Origin: Auanema rhodensis
Taxonomy: Eukaryota; Animalia; Nematoda
NCBI GenBank assembly: GCA_964057225.1
Contig: OZ059894.1
Coordinates: 248,001-312,000 of the forward strand
Length of the DNA stretch: 64,000 bases
Direction of reading: 5' to 3'
In this document: positions 13,904 to 29,918 of the stretch, piece after piece
Layout of the letters: each line of letters begins with the position of its first letter
Numbering within the stretch: the first letter of the stretch is position 1
Notes under the pieces: generated by a model
What the model was told of the DNA's origin: nothing
What the model saw: the letters and a program-made list of their open reading frames with translations, nothing else
The model's database searches: none
Made by a program: the position numbers and the translations under genes

Positions 13904-16900
13904 TACCATGCACCAATATCAATAAAAATTTGTTTTTAGACTAATATGGACATGGGGAATCTAATTTTGAAAACCGCATCTCTTTATCTTTCACGTGAAG
14001 CGAGTTACATACCAAGTGCACATCACGTGTACATTTAATTAGCATAAATTAAAGTTCACGTAAATTTCAAAGTCATGGTTACCATGAACCAATATCAATA
14101 AAAATTTGTTTTTAGACTAATATGGACATGGGGAATCTAATTTTGGAAACCGCATCTCTTTATCTTTCACGTGAAGCGAGTTACATACCAAGTGCACATC
14201 ACGTGTACATTTAATTAGCATAAATTAAAGTTCACGTAAATTTCAAAGTCATGGTTACCATGCACCAATATCAATAAAAATTTGTTTTTAGACTAATATG
14301 GACATGGGGAATCTAATTTTGAAAACCGCATCTCTTTATCTTTCACGTGAAGCGAGTTACATACCAAGTGCACATCACGTGTACATTTAATTAGCATAAA
14401 TTAAAGTTCACGTAAATTTCAAAGTCATGGTTACCATGAACCAATATCAATGAAAATTTGTTTTTAGACTAATATGGACATGGGGAATCAAATTTTGAAA
14501 ACCGCATCTCTTTATCTTTCACGTGAAGCGAGTTACATACCAAGTGCACATCACGTGTACATTTAATTAGCATAAATTAAAGTTCACGTAAATTTCAAAG
14601 TCATGGTTACCATGCACCAATATCAATAAAAATTTGTTTTTAGACTAATATGGACATGGGGAATCTAATTTTGGAAACCGCATCTCTTTATCTTTCACGT
14701 GAAGCGAGTTACATACCAAGTGCACATCACGTGTACATTTAATTAGCATAAATTAAAGTTCACGTAAATTTCAAAGTCATGGTTACCATGAACCAATATC
14801 AATAAAAATTTGTTTTTAGACTAATATGGACATGGGGAATCAAATTTTGAAAACCGCATCTCTTTATCTTTCACGTGAAGCGAGTTACATACCAAGTGCA
14901 CATCACGTGTACATTTAATTAGCATAAATTAAAGTTCACGTAAATTTCAAAGTCATGGTTACCATGAACCAATATCAATAAAAAATTGTTTTTAGACTAA
15001 TATGGACATGGGGAATCTAATTTTGAAAACCGCATCACTTTATCTTTCAAGTGAAGCGAGTTACATACCAAGTGCACATCACGTGTACATTTAATTAGCA
15101 TAAATTAAAGTTCACGTAAATTTCAAAGTCATGGTTACCATGCACCAATATCAATAAAAAATTGTTTTTAGACTAATATGGACATGGGGAATCTAATTTT
15201 GAAAACCGCATCTCTTTATCTTTCACGTGAAGCGAGTCACATACCAAGTGCACATTACGTGTACATTTAATTAGCATAAATTAAAGTTCACGTAAATTTC
15301 AAAGTCATGGTTACCATGCACCAATATCAATAAAAATTTGTTTTTAGACTAATATGGACATGGGGAATCTAATTTTGAAAACCGCATCTCTTTATCTTTC
15401 ACGTGAAGCGAGTTACATACCAAGTGCACATCACGTGTACATTTAATTAGCATAAATTAAAGTTCACGTAAATTTCAAAGTCATGGTTACCATGAACCAA
15501 TATCAATAAAAATTTGTTTTTAGACTAATATGTACATGGAGAATCTAATTTTGAAAACCGCATCTCTTTATCTTTCACGTGAAGCGAGTTACATACCAAG
15601 TGCACATCACGTGTACATTTAATTAGCATAAATTAAAGTTCACGTAAATTTCAAAGTCATGGTTACCATGCACCAATATCAATAAAAATTTGTTTTTAGA
15701 CTAATATGGACATGGGGAATCTAATTTTGAAAACCGCATCTCTTTATCTTTCACGTGAAGCGAGTTACATACCAAGTGCACATCACGTGTACATTTAATT
15801 AGCATAAATTAAAGTTCACGTAAATTTCAAAGTCATGGTTACCATGCACCAATATCAATAAAAATTTGTTTTTAGACTAATATGGACATGGGGAATATAA
15901 TTTTGAAAACCGCATCTCTTTATCTTTCACGTGAAGCGAGTTACATACCAAGTGCACATCACGTGTACATTTAATTAGCATAAATTAAAGTTCACGTAAA
16001 TTTCAAAGTCATGGTTACCATGAACCAATATCAATAAAAATTTGTTTTTAGACTAATATGGACATGGGGAATCAAATTTTGAAAACCGCATCTCTTTATC
16101 TTTCACGTGAAGCGAGTTACATACCAAGTGCACATCACGTGTACATTTAATTAGCATAAATTAAAGTTCACGTAAATTTCAAAGTCATGGTTACCATGAA
16201 CCAATATTAATAAAAATTTGTTTTTAGACTAATATGGACATGGGGAATCTAATTTTGAAATTCGCATCACTTTATCTTTCACGTGAAGCGAGTTACATAC
16301 CAAGTGCACATCACGTGTACATTTAATTAGCATAAATTAAAGTTCACGTAAATTTCAAAGTCATGGTTACCATGCACCAATATCAATAAAAATTTGTTTT
16401 TAGACTAATATGGACATGGGGAATCTTATTTTGAAAACCGCATCTCTTTATCTTTCACGTGAAGCTAGTTACATACCAAGTGCACATCACGTGTACATTT
16501 AATTAGCATAAATTAAAGTTCACGTAAATTTCAAAGTCATGGTTACCATGCACCAATATCAATAAAAATTTGTTTTTAGACTAATATGAACATGGGGAAT
16601 CTAATTTTGAAAACCGCATCTCTTTATCTTTCACGTGAAGCGAGTTACATACCAAGTGCACATCACGTGTACATTTAATTAGCATAAATTAAAGTTCACG
16701 TAAATTTCAAAGACATGGTTACCATGAACCAATATCAATGAAAATTTGTTTTTAGACTAATATGGACATGGGGAATCTAATTTTGAAAACCGCATCTCTT
16801 TATCTTTCACGTGAAGCGAGTTACATACCAAGTGCACATCACGTGTACATTTAATTAGCATAAATTAAAGTTCACGTAAATTTCAAAGTCATGGTTACCA

Positions 16901-17247
16901 TGAACTAATATCAATAAAAATTTGTTTTTAGACTAATATGGACATGGGGAATCTAATTTTGAAAACCGCATCTCTTTATCTTTCACGTGAAGCGAGTTAC
17001 ATACCAAGTGCACATCACGTGTACATTTAATTAGCATAAATTAAAGTTCACGTAAATTTCAAAGTCATGGTTACCATGAACCAATATCAATAACAATTTG
17101 TTTTTAGACTAATATGGACATGGGGAATCTAATTTTGAAAACCGCATCTCTTTATCTTTCACGTGAAGCGAGTTACATACCAAGTGCACATCACGTGTAC
17201 ATTTAATTAGCATAAATTAAAGTTCACGTAAATTTCAAAGTCATGGT

Positions 17248-18303
17248 TACCATGCACCAATATCAATAAAAATTTGTTTTTAGACTAATATGAACATGGG
17301 GAATCTAATTTTGAAAACCGCATCTCTTTATCTTTCACGTGAAGCGAGTTACATACCAAGTGCACATCACGTGTACATTTAATTAGCATAAATTAAAGTT
17401 CACGTAAATTTCAAAGACATGGTTACCATGAACCAATATCAATGAAAATTTGTTTTTAGACTAATATGGACATGGGGAATCTAATTTTGAAAACCGCATC
17501 TCTTTATCTTTCACGTGAAGCGAGTTACATACCAAGTGCACATCACGTGTACATTTAATTAGCATAAATTAAAGTTCACGTAAATTTCAAAGTCATGGTT
17601 ACCATGCACCAATATCAATAAAAATTTGTTTTTAGACTAATATGGACATGGGGAATCTTATTTTGAAAACCGCATCTCTTTATCTTTCACGTGAAGCGAG
17701 TTACATACCAAGTGCACATCACGTGTACATTTAATTAGCATAAATTAAAGTTCACGTAAATTTCAAAGTCATGGTTACCATGCACCAATATCAATAAAAA
17801 TTTGTTTTTAGACTAATATGAACATGGGGAATCTAATTTTGAAAACCGCATCTCTTTATCTTTCACGTGAAGCGAGTTACATACCAAGTGCACATCACGT
17901 GTACATTTAATTAGCATAAATTAAAGTTCACGTAAATTTCAAAGACATGGTTACCATGAACCAATATCAATGAAAATTTGTTTTTAGACTAATATGGACA
18001 TGGGGAATCTAATTTTGAAAACCGCATCTCTTTATCTTTCACGTGAAGCGAGTTACATACCAAGTGCACATCACGTGTACATTTAATTAGCATAAATTAA
18101 AGTTCACGTAAATTTCAAAGTCATGGTTACCATGCACCAATATCAATAAAAATTTGTTTTTAGACTAATATGGACATGGGGAATCTTATTTTGAAAACCG
18201 CATCTCTTTATCTTTCACGTGAAGCGAGTTACATACCAAGTGCACATCACGTGTACATTTAATTAGCATAAATTAAAGTTCACGTAAATTTCAAAGTCAT
18301 GGT
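17248..18303 (+). repeat. Local trimeric higher-order repeat (528 bp x 2)
   Basis: The series (gcac+atgaac+aaagac)-(caatg)-(gcac+tcttat) occurs twice in tandem. Confidence 0.8.
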
Positions 18304-21300
18304 TACCATGCACCAATATCAATAAAAATTTGTTTTTAGACTAATATGTACATGGGGAATTTTATTTTGAAAACCGCATCTCTTTATCTTTCACGTGAAG
18401 CGAGTTACATACCAAGTGCACATCACGTGTACATTTAATTAGCATAAATTAAAGTTCACGTAAATTTCAAAGTCATGGTTACCATGCACCAATATCAATA
18501 AAAATTTGTTTTTAGACTAATATGGACATGGGGAATCTAATTTTGAAAACCGCATCTCTTTATCTTTCACGTGAAGCGAGTTACATACCAAGTGCACATC
18601 ACGTGTACATTTAATTAGCATTAATTAAAGTTCACGTAAATTTCAAAGTCATGGTTACCATGAACCAATATCAATAAAAATTTGTTTTTAGACTAATATG
18701 GACATGGGGAATCTAATTTTGAAAACCGCATCTCTTTATCTTTCACGTGAAGCGAGTTACATACCAAGTGCACATCACGTGTACATTTAATTAGCATAAA
18801 TTAAAGTTCACGTAAATTTCAAAGTCATGGTTACCATGAACCAATATCAATAAAAATTTGTTTTTAGACTAATATGGACATGGGGAATCTAATTTTGAAA
18901 ACCGCATCTCTTTATCTTTCACGTGAAGCGAGTTACATACCAAGTGCACATCACGTGTACATTTAATTAGCATAAATTAAAGTTCACGTAAATTTCAAAG
19001 TCATGGTTACCATGCACCAATATCAATAAAAATTTGTTTTTAGACTAATATGGACATGGGGAATCTTATTTTGAAAACCGCATCTCTTTATCTTTCACGT
19101 GAAGCGAGTTACATACCAAGTGCACATCACGTGTACATTTAATTAGCATAAATTAAAGTTCACGTAAATTTCAAAGTCATGGTTACCATGCACCAATATC
19201 AATAAAAATTTGTTTTTAGACTAATATGAACATGGGGAATCTAATTTTGAAAACCGCATCTCTTTATCTTTCACGTGAAGCGAGTTACATACCAAGTGCA
19301 CATCACGTGTACATTTAATTAGCATAAATTAAAGTTCACGTAAATTTCAAAGACATGGTTACCATGAACCAATATGTATGAAAATTTGTTTTTAGACTAA
19401 TATGGACATGGGGAATCTAATTTTGAAAACCGCATCTCTTTATCTTTCACGTGAAGCGAGTTACATACCAAGTGCACATCACGTGTACATTTAATTAGCA
19501 TAAATTAAAGTTCACGTAAATTTCAAAGTCATGGTTACCATGCACCAATATCAATAAAAATTTGTTTTTAGACTAATATGGACATGGGGAATCTTATTTT
19601 GAAAACCGCATCTCTTTATCTTTCACGTGAAGCGAGTTACATACCAAGTGCACAACACGTGTACATTTAATTAGCATTAATTAAAGTTCACGTAAATTTC
19701 AAAGTCATGGTTACCATGAACCAATATCAATAAAAATTTGTTTTTAGACTAATATGGACATGGGGAATCTAATTTTGAAAACCGCATCTCTTTATCTTTC
19801 ACGTGAAGCGAGTTACATACCAAGTGCACATCACGTGTACATTTAATTAGCATAAATTAAAGTTCACGTAAATTTCAAAGTCATGGTTACCATGAACTAA
19901 TATCAATAAAAATTTGTTTTTAGACTAATATGGACATGGGGAATCTAATTTTGAAAACCGCATCTCTTTATCTTTCACGTGAAGCGAGTTACATACCAAG
20001 TGCACATCACGTGTACATTTAATTAGCATAAATTAAAGTTCACGTAAATTTCAAAGTCATGGTTACCATGAACCAATATCAATAAAAATTTGTTTTTAGA
20101 CTAATATGGACATGGGGAATCTAATTTTGAAAACCGCATCTCTTTATCTTTCACGTGAAGCGAGTTACATACCAAGTGCACATCACGTGTACATTTAATT
20201 AGCATAAATCAAAGTTCACTTAAATTTCAAAGTCATGGTTACCATGAACCAATATCAATAAAAATTTGTTTTTAGACTAATATGGACATGGGGAATCTAA
20301 TTTTGAAAACCGCATCTCTTTATCTTTCACGTGAACCGAGTTACATACCAAGTGCACATCACGTGTACATTTAATTAGCATAAATTAAAGTTCACGTAAA
20401 TTTCAAAGTCATGGTTACCATGAACCAATATCAATAAAAATTTGTTTTTAGACTAATATGGACATGGGAAATCTAATTTTGAAAACCGCATCTCTTTATC
20501 TTTCACGTGAAGCGAGTTACATACCAAGTGCACATCACGTGTACATTTAATTAGCATAAATTAAAGTTCACGTAAATTTCAAAGTCATGGTTACCATGAA
20601 CCAATATCAATAAAAATTTGTTTTTAGACTAATATGGACATGGGGAATCTAATTTTGAAAACCGCATCTCTTTATCTTTCACGTGAAGCGAGTTACATAC
20701 CAAGTGCACATCACGTGTACATTTAATTAGCATAAATTAAAGTTCACGTAAATTTCAAAGTCATGGTTACCATGCACCAATATCAATAAAAATTTGTTTT
20801 TAGACTAATATGAACATGGGGAATCTAATTTTGAAAACCGCATCTCTTTATCTTTCACGTGAAGCGAGTTACATACCAAGTGCACATCACGTGTAAATTT
20901 AATTAGCATAAATTAAAGTTCACGTAAATTTCAAAGTCATGGTTACCATGAACCAATATCAATGAAAATTTGTTTTTAGACTAATATGTACATGGGGAAT
21001 TTTATTTTGAAAACCGCATCTCTTTATCTTTCACGTGAAGCGAGTTACATACCAAGTGCACATCACGTGTACATTTAATTAGCATAAATTAAAGTTCACG
21101 TAAATTTCAAAGTCATGGTTACCATGAACCAATATCAATAAAAATTTGTTTTTAGACTAATATGGACATGGGGAATCTAATTTTGAAAACCGCATCTCTT
21201 TATCTTTCACGTGAAGCGAGTTACATACCAAGTGCACATCACGTGTACATTTAATTAGCATAAATTAAAGTTCACGTAAATTTCAAAGTCATGGTTACCA

Positions 21301-24300
21301 TGCACCAATATCAATAAAAATTTGTTTTTAGACTAATATGAACATGGGGAATCTAATTTTGAAAACCGCATCTCTTTATCTTTCACGTGAAGCGAGTTAC
21401 ATACCAAGTGCACATCACGTGTAAATTTAATTAGCATAAATTAAAGTTCACGTAAATTTCAAAGTCATGGTTACCATGAACCAATATCAATGAAAATTTG
21501 TTTTTAGACTAATATGTACATGGGGAATTTTATTTTGAAAACCGCATCTCTTTATCTTTCACGTGAAGCGAGTTACATACAAAGTGCACATCACGTGTAC
21601 ATTTAATTAGCATAAATTAAAGTTCACGTAAATTTCAAAGTCATGGTTACCATGAACCAATATCAATAAAAATTTGTTTTTAGACTAATATGGACATGGG
21701 GAATCTTATTTTGAAAACCGCATCTCTTTATCTTTCACGTGAAGCGAGTTACATACCAAGTGCACAACACGTGTACATTTAATTAGCATAAATTAAAGTT
21801 CACGTAAATTTCAAAGTCATGGTTACCATGCACCAATATCAATAAAAATTTGTTTTTAGACTAATATGGACATGGGGAATCTAATTTTGAAAACCGCATC
21901 TCTTTATCTTTCACGTGAAGCGAGTTACATACCAAGTGCACATCACGTGTACATTTAATTAGCATAAATTAAAGTTCACGTAAATTTCAAAGTCATGGTT
22001 ACCATGAACTAATATCAATAAAAATTTGTTTTTAGACTAATATGGACATGGGGAATCTAATTTTGAAAACCGCATCTCTTTATCTTTCACGTGAAGCGAG
22101 TTACATACCAAGTGCACATCACGTGTACATTTAATTAGCATAAATTAAAGTTCACGTAAATTTCAAAGTCATGGTTACCATGAACCAATATCAATAAAAA
22201 TTTGTTTTTAGACTAATATGGACATGGGGAATCTAATTTTGAAAACCGCATCTCTTTATCTTTCACGTGAAGCGAGTTACATACCAAGTGCACATCACGT
22301 GTACATTTAATTAGCATAAATCAAAGTTCACGTAAATTTCAAAGTCATGGTTACCATGAACCAATATCAATAAAAATTTGTTTTTAGACTAATATGGACA
22401 TGGGGAATCTAATTTTGAAAACCGCATCTCTTTATCTTTCACGTGAACCGAGTTACATACCAAGTGCACATCACGTGTACATTTAATTAGCATAAATTAA
22501 AGTTCACGTAAACTTCAAAGTCATGGTTACCATGAACCAATATCAATAAAAATTTGTTTTTAGACTAATATGGACATGGGAAATCTAATTTTGAAAACCG
22601 CATCTCTTTATCTTTCACGTGAAGCGAGTTACATACCAAGTGCACATCACGTGTACATTTAATTAGCATAAATTAAAGTTCACGTAAATTTCAAAGTCAT
22701 GGTTACCATGAACCAATATCAATAAAAATTTGTTTTTAGACTAATATGGACATGGGGAATCTAATTTTGAAAACCGCATCTCTTTATCTTTCACGTGAAG
22801 CGAGTTACATACCAAGTGCACATCACGTGTACATTTAATTAGCATAAATTAAAGTTCACGTAAATTTCAAAGTCATGGTTACCATGCACCAATATCAATA
22901 AAAATTTGTTTTTAGACTAATATGAACATGGGGAATCTAATTTTGAAAACCGCATCTCTTTATCTTTCACGTGAAGCGAGTTACATACCAAGTGCACATC
23001 ACGTGTAAATTTAATTAGCATAAATTAAAGTTCACGTAAATTTCAAAGTCATGGTTACCATGAACCAATATCAATGAAAATTTGTTTTTAGACTAATATG
23101 TACATGGGGAATTTTATTTTGAAAACCGCATCTCTTTATCTTTCACGTGAAGCGAGTTACATACCAAGTGCACATCACGTGTACATTTAATTAGCATAAA
23201 TTAAAGTTCACGTAAATTTCAAAGTCATGGTTACCATGAACTAATATCAATAAAAATTTGTTTTTAGACTAATATGGACATGGGGAATCTAATTTTGAAA
23301 ACCGCATCTCTTTATCTTTCACGTGAAGCGAGTTACATACCAAGTGCACATCACGTGTACATTTAATTAGCATAAATTAAAGTTCACGTAAATTTCAAAG
23401 TCATGGTTACCATGAACCAATATCAATAAAAATTTGTTTTTAGACTAATATGGACATGGGGAATCTAATTTTGAAAACCGCATCTCTTTATCTTTCACGT
23501 GAAGCGAGTTACATACCAAGTGCACATCACGTGTACATTTAATTAGCATAAATTAAAGTTCACGTAAATTTCAAAGTCATGGTTACCATGCACCAATATC
23601 AATAAAAATTTGTTTTTAGACTAATATGAACATGGGGAATCTAATTTTGAAAACCGCATCTCTTTATCTTTCACGTGAAGCGAGTTACATACCAAGTGCA
23701 CATCACGTGTAAATTTAATTAGCATAAATTAAAGTTCACGTAAATTTCAAAGTCATGGTTACCATGAACCAATATCAATGAAAATTTGTTTTTAGACTAA
23801 TATGTACATGGGGAATTTTATTTTGAAAACCGCATCTCTTTATCTTTCACGTGAAGCGAGTTACATACAAAGTGCACATCACGTGTACATTTAATTAGCA
23901 TAAATTAAAGTTCACGTAAATTTCAAAGTCATGGTTACCATGAACCAATATCAATAAAAATTTGTTTTTAGACTAATATGGACATGGGGAATCTAATTTT
24001 GAAAACCGCATCTCTTTATCTTTCACGTGAAGCGAGTTACATACCAAGTGCACATCACGTGTACATTTAATTAGCATAAATTAAAGTTCACGTAAATTTC
24101 AAAGTCATGGTTACCATGCACCAATATCAATAAAAATTTGTTTTTAGACTAATATGGACATGGGGAATCTTATTTTGAAAACCGCATCTCTTTATCTTTC
24201 ACGTGAAGCGAGTTACATACCAAGTGCACATCACGTGTACATTTAATTAGCATAAATTAAAGTTCACGTAAATTTCAAAGTCATGGTTACCATGCACCAA

Positions 24301-27300
24301 TATCAATAAAAATTTGTTTTTAGACTAATATGAACATGGGGAATCTAATTTTGAAAACCGCATCTCTTTATCTTTCACGTGAAGCGAGTTACATACCAAG
24401 TGCACATCACGTGTACATTTAATTAGCATTAATTAAAGTTCACGTAAATTTCAAAGTCATGGTTACCATGAACCAATATCAATAAAAATTTGTTTTTAGA
24501 CTAATATGGACATGGGGAATCTAATTTTGAAAACCGCATCTCTTTATCTTTCACGTGAAGCGAGTTACATACCAAGTGCACATCACGTGTACATTTAATT
24601 AGCATAAATTAAAGTTCACGTAAATTTCAAAGTCATGGTTACCATGAACTAATATCAATAAAAATTTGTTTTTAGACTAATATGGACATGGGGAATCTAA
24701 TTTTGAAAACCGCATCTCTTTATCTTTCACGTGAAGCGAGTTACATACCAAGTGCACATCACGTGTACATTTAATTAGCATAAATTAAAGTTCACGTAAA
24801 TTTCAAAGTCATGGTTACCATGAACCAATATCAATAAAAATTTGTTTTTAGACTAATATGGACATGGGGAATCTAATTTTGAAAACCGCATCTCTTTATC
24901 TTTCACGTGAAGCGAGTTACATACCAAGTGCACATCACGTGTACATTTAATTAGCATAAATTAAAGTTCACGTAAATTTCAAAGTCATGGTTACCATGAA
25001 CCAATATCAATAAAAATTTGTTTTTAGACTAATATGGACATGGGGAATCTAATTTTGAAAACCGCATCTCTTTATCTTTCACGTGAACCGAGTTACATAC
25101 CAAGTGCAGATCACGTGTACATTTAATTAGCATAAATTAAAGTTCACGTAAATTTCAAAGTCATGGTTACCATGAACCAATATCAATAAAAATTTGTTTT
25201 TAGACTAATATGGACATGGGAAATCTAATTTTGAAAACCGCATCTCTTTATCTTTCACGTGAAGCGAGTTACATACCAAGTGCACATCACGTGTACATTT
25301 AATAAGCATAAATTAAAGTTCACGTAAATTTCAAAGTCATGGTTACCATGCACCAATATCAATAAAAATTTGATTTTAGACTAATATGGACATGGGGAAT
25401 CTAATTTTGAAAACCGCATCTCTTTATCTTTCACGTGAAGCGAGTTACATACCAAGTGCACATCACGTGTACATTTAATTAGCATAAATTAAAGTTCACG
25501 TAAATTTCAAAGTCATGGTTACCATGAACCAATATCAATAAAAATTTGTTTTTAGACTAATATGGACATGGGGAATCAAATTTTGAAAACCGCATCTCTT
25601 TATCTTTCACGTGAAGCGAGTTACATACCAAGTGCACATCACGTGTACATTTAATTAGCATAAATTAAAGTTCACGTAAATTTCAAAGTCATGGTTACCA
25701 TGAACCAATATCAATAAAAATTTGTTTTTAGACTAAAATGGACATGGGGAATCTAATTTTGAAAACCGCATCTCTTTATCTTTCACGTGAAGCGAGTTAC
25801 ATACCAAGTGCACATCACGTGTACATTTAATTAGCATAAATTAAAGTTCACGTAAATTTCAAAGTCATGGTTACCATGCACCAATATCAATAAAAATTTG
25901 TTTTTAGACTAATATGAACATGGGGAATCTAATTCTGAAAACCGCATCTCTTTATCTTTCACGTGAAGCGAGTTACATACCAAGTGCACATCACGTGTAC
26001 ATTTAATTAGCATAAATTAAAGTTCACGTAAATTTCAAAGTCATGGTTACCATGAACCAATATCAATAAAAGTTTGTTTTTAGACTAATATGGACATGGG
26101 GAATCAAATTTTGAAAACCGCATCTCTTTATCTTTCACGTAAAGCGAGTTACATACCAAGTGCACATCACGTGTACATTTAATTAGCATAAATTAAAGTT
26201 CACGTAAATTTCAAAGTCATGGTTACCATGAACCAATATCAATAAAAATTTGTTTTTAGACTAATATGGACATGGGGAATCTAATTTTGAAAACCGCATC
26301 TCTTTATCTTTCACGTGAAGCGAGTTACATACCAAGTGCACATCACGTGTACATTTAATTAGCATAAATTAAAGTTCACGTAAATTTCAAAGTCATGGTT
26401 ACCATGCACCAATATCAATAAAAATTTGTTTTTAGACTAATATGGACATGGGGAATCCAATTTTGAAAACCGCATCTCTTTATCTTTCACGTGAAGCGAG
26501 TTACATACCAAGTGCACATCACGTGTACATTTAATTAGCATAAATTAAAGTTCACGTAAATTTCAAAGTCATGGTTACCATGAACCAATATCAATAAAAA
26601 TTTGTTTTTAGACTAATATGGACATGGGGAATCTAATTTTGAAAACCCCATCTCTTTATCTTTCACGTGAACCGAGTTACATACCAAGTGCAGATCACGT
26701 GTACATTTAATTAGCATAAATTAAAGTTCACGTAAATTTCAAAGTCATGGTTACCATGAACCAATATCAATAAAAATTTGTTTTTAGACTAATATGGACA
26801 TGGGAAATCTAATTTTGAAAACCGCATCTCTTTATCTTTCACGTGAAGCGAGTTACATACCAAGTGCACATCACGTGTACATTTAATTAGCATAAATTAA
26901 AGTTCACGTAAATTTCAAAGTCATGGTTACCATGCACCAAAATCAATAAAAATTTGTTTTTAGACTAATATGGACATGGGGAATCCAATTTTGAAAACCG
27001 CATCTCTTTATCTTTCACGTGAAGCGAGTTACATACCAAGTGCACATCACGTGTACATTTAATTAGCATAAATTAAAGTTCACGTAAATTTCAAAGTCAT
27101 GGTTACCATGAACCAATATCAATAAAAATTTGTTTTTAGACTAATATGGACATGGGGAATCTAATTTTAAAAACCGCATCTCTTTATCTTTCACGTGAAG
27201 CGAGTTACATACCAAGTGCACATCACGTGTACATTTAATAAGCATAAATTAAAGTTCACGTAAATTTCAAAGTCATGGTTACCATGCACCAATATCAATA

Positions 27301-29743
27301 AAAATTTGATTTTAGACTAATATGGACATGGGGAATCTAATTTTGAAAACCGCATCTCTTTATCTTTCACGTGAAGCGAGTTACATACCAAGTGCACATC
27401 ACGTGTACATTTAATTAGCATAAATTAAAGTTCACGTAAATTTCAAAGTCATGGTTACCATGAACCAATATCAATAAAAATTTGTTTTTAGACTAATATG
27501 GACATGGGGAATCAAATTTTGAAAACCGCATCTCTTTATCTTTCACGTGAAGCGAGTTACATACCAAGTGCACATCACGTGTACATTTAATTAGCATAAA
27601 TTAAAGTTCACGTAAATTTCAAAGTCATGGTTACCATGAACCAATATCAATAAAAATTTGTTTTTAGACTAAAATGGACATGGGGAATCTAATTTTGAAA
27701 ACCGCATCTCTTTATCTTTCACGTGAAGCGAGTTACATACCAAGTGCACATCACGTGTACATTTAATTAGCATAAATTAAAGTTCACGTAAATTTCAAAG
27801 TCATGGTTACCATGCACCAATATCAATAAAAATTTGTTTTTAGACTAATATGAACATGGGGAATCTAATTCTGAAAACCGCATCTCTTTATCTTTCACGT
27901 GAAGCGAGTTACATACCAAGTGCACATCACGTGTACATTTAATTAGCATAAATTAAAGTTCACGTAAATTTCAAAGTCATGGTTACCATGAACCAATATC
28001 AATAAAAGTTTGTTTTTAGACTAATATGGACATGGGGAATCAAATTTTGAAAACCGCATCTCTTTATCTTTCACGTAAAGCGAGTTACATACCAAGTGCA
28101 CATCACGTGTACATTTAATTAGCATAAATTAAAGTTCACGTAAATTTCAAAGTCATGGTTACCATGAACCAATATCAATAAAAATTTGTTTTTAGACTAA
28201 TATGGACATGGGGAATCTAATTTTGAAAACCGCATCTCTTTATCTTTCACGTGAAGCGAGTTACATACCAAGTGCACATCACGTGTACATTTAATTAGCA
28301 TAAATTAAAGTTCACGTAAATTTCAAAGTCATGGTTACCATGAACCAATATCAATAAAAATTTGTTTTTAGACTAATATGGACATGGGGAATCTAATTTT
28401 AAAAACCGCATCTCTTTATCTTTCACGTGAAGCGAGTTACATACCAAGTGCACATCACGTGTACATTTAATAAGCATAAATTAAAGTTCACGTAAATTTC
28501 AAAGTCATGGTTACCATGCACCAATATCAATAAAAATTTGATTTTAGACTAATATGGACATGGGGAATCTAATTTTGAAAACCGCATCTCTTTATCTTTC
28601 ACGTGAAGCGAGTTACATACCAAGTGCACATCACGTGTACATTTAATTAGCATAAATTAAAGTTCACGTAAATTTCAAAGTCATGGTTACCATGAACCAA
28701 TATCAATAAAAATTTGTTTTTAGACTAATATGGACATGGGGAATCAAATTTTGAAAACCGCATCTCTTTATCTTTCACGTGAAGCAAGTTACATACCAAG
28801 TGCACATCACGTGTACATTTAATTAGCATAAATTAAAGTTCACGTAAATTTCAAAGTCATGGTTACCATGAACCAATATCAATAAAAATTTGTTTTTAGA
28901 CTAAAATGGACATGGGGAATCTAATTTTGAAAACCGCATCTCTTTATCTTTCACGTGAAGCGAGTTACATACCAAGTGCACATCACGTGTACATTTAATT
29001 AGCATAAATTAAAGTTCACGTAAATTTCAAAGTCATGGTTACCATGCACCAATATCAATAAAAATTTGTTTTTAGACTAATATGAACATGGGGAATCTAA
29101 TTCTGAAAACCGCATCTCTTTATCTTTCACGTGAAGCGAGTTACATACCAAGTGCACATCACGTGTACATTTAATTAGCATAAATTAAAGTTCACGTAAA
29201 TTTCAAAGTCATGGTTACCATGAACCAATATCAATAAAAGTTTGTTTTTAGACTAATATGGACATGGGGAATCAAATTTTGAAAACCGCATCTCTTTATC
29301 TTTCACGTAAAGCGAGTTACATACCAAGTGCACATCACGTGTACATTTAATTAGCATAAATTAAAGTTCACGTAAATTTCAAAGTCATGGTTACCATGAA
29401 CCAATATCAATGAAAATTTGTTTTTAGACTAATATGGACATGGAGAATCAAATTTTGAAAACCGCATCTCTTTATCTTTCACGTGAAGCGAGTTACATAA
29501 CAAGTGCACATCACGTGTACATTTAATTAGCATAAATTAAAGTTCACGTAAATTTCAAAGTCATGGTTACCATGAACCAATATCAATAAAAGTTTGTTTT
29601 TAGACTAATATGGACATGGGGAATCAAATTTTGAAAACCGCATCTCTTTATCTTTCACGTGAAGCGAGTTACATACCAAGTGCACATCACGTGTACATTT
29701 AATTAGCATAAATTAAAGTTCACGTAAATTTCAAAGTCATGGT

Positions 29744-29918
29744 TACCATGCACCAATATCAATAAAAATTTGTTTTAGACTAATATGGACATGGGGAATC
29801 TAATTTTGAAAACCGCATCTCTTTATCTTTCACGTGAAGCGAGTTACATACCAAGTGCACATCACGTGTACATTTAATTAGCATAAATTAAAGTTCACGT
29901 AAATTTCAAAGTCATGGT
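29744..29918 (+). repeat. 175-bp monomer (second copy of the 1-bp deletion)
   Basis: 'aataaaaatt tgttttagac' at 29761-29780; same flanking monomer types as 11793. Confidence 0.95.

Larger units (their letters stand above)
353..16420 (+). repeat. Large duplicated block, copy A (~91 monomers)
   Basis: The ordered series of rare variants (aatatgtatg, cacaacac, aaacttc, gcagat, gcaagt, cataac, T4 deletion, aatgag, ttcaagtg, gagtcac, aattcgcatcac) recurs in the same order at 18480-34370, offset by 102-104 monomers. Confidence 0.93.
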
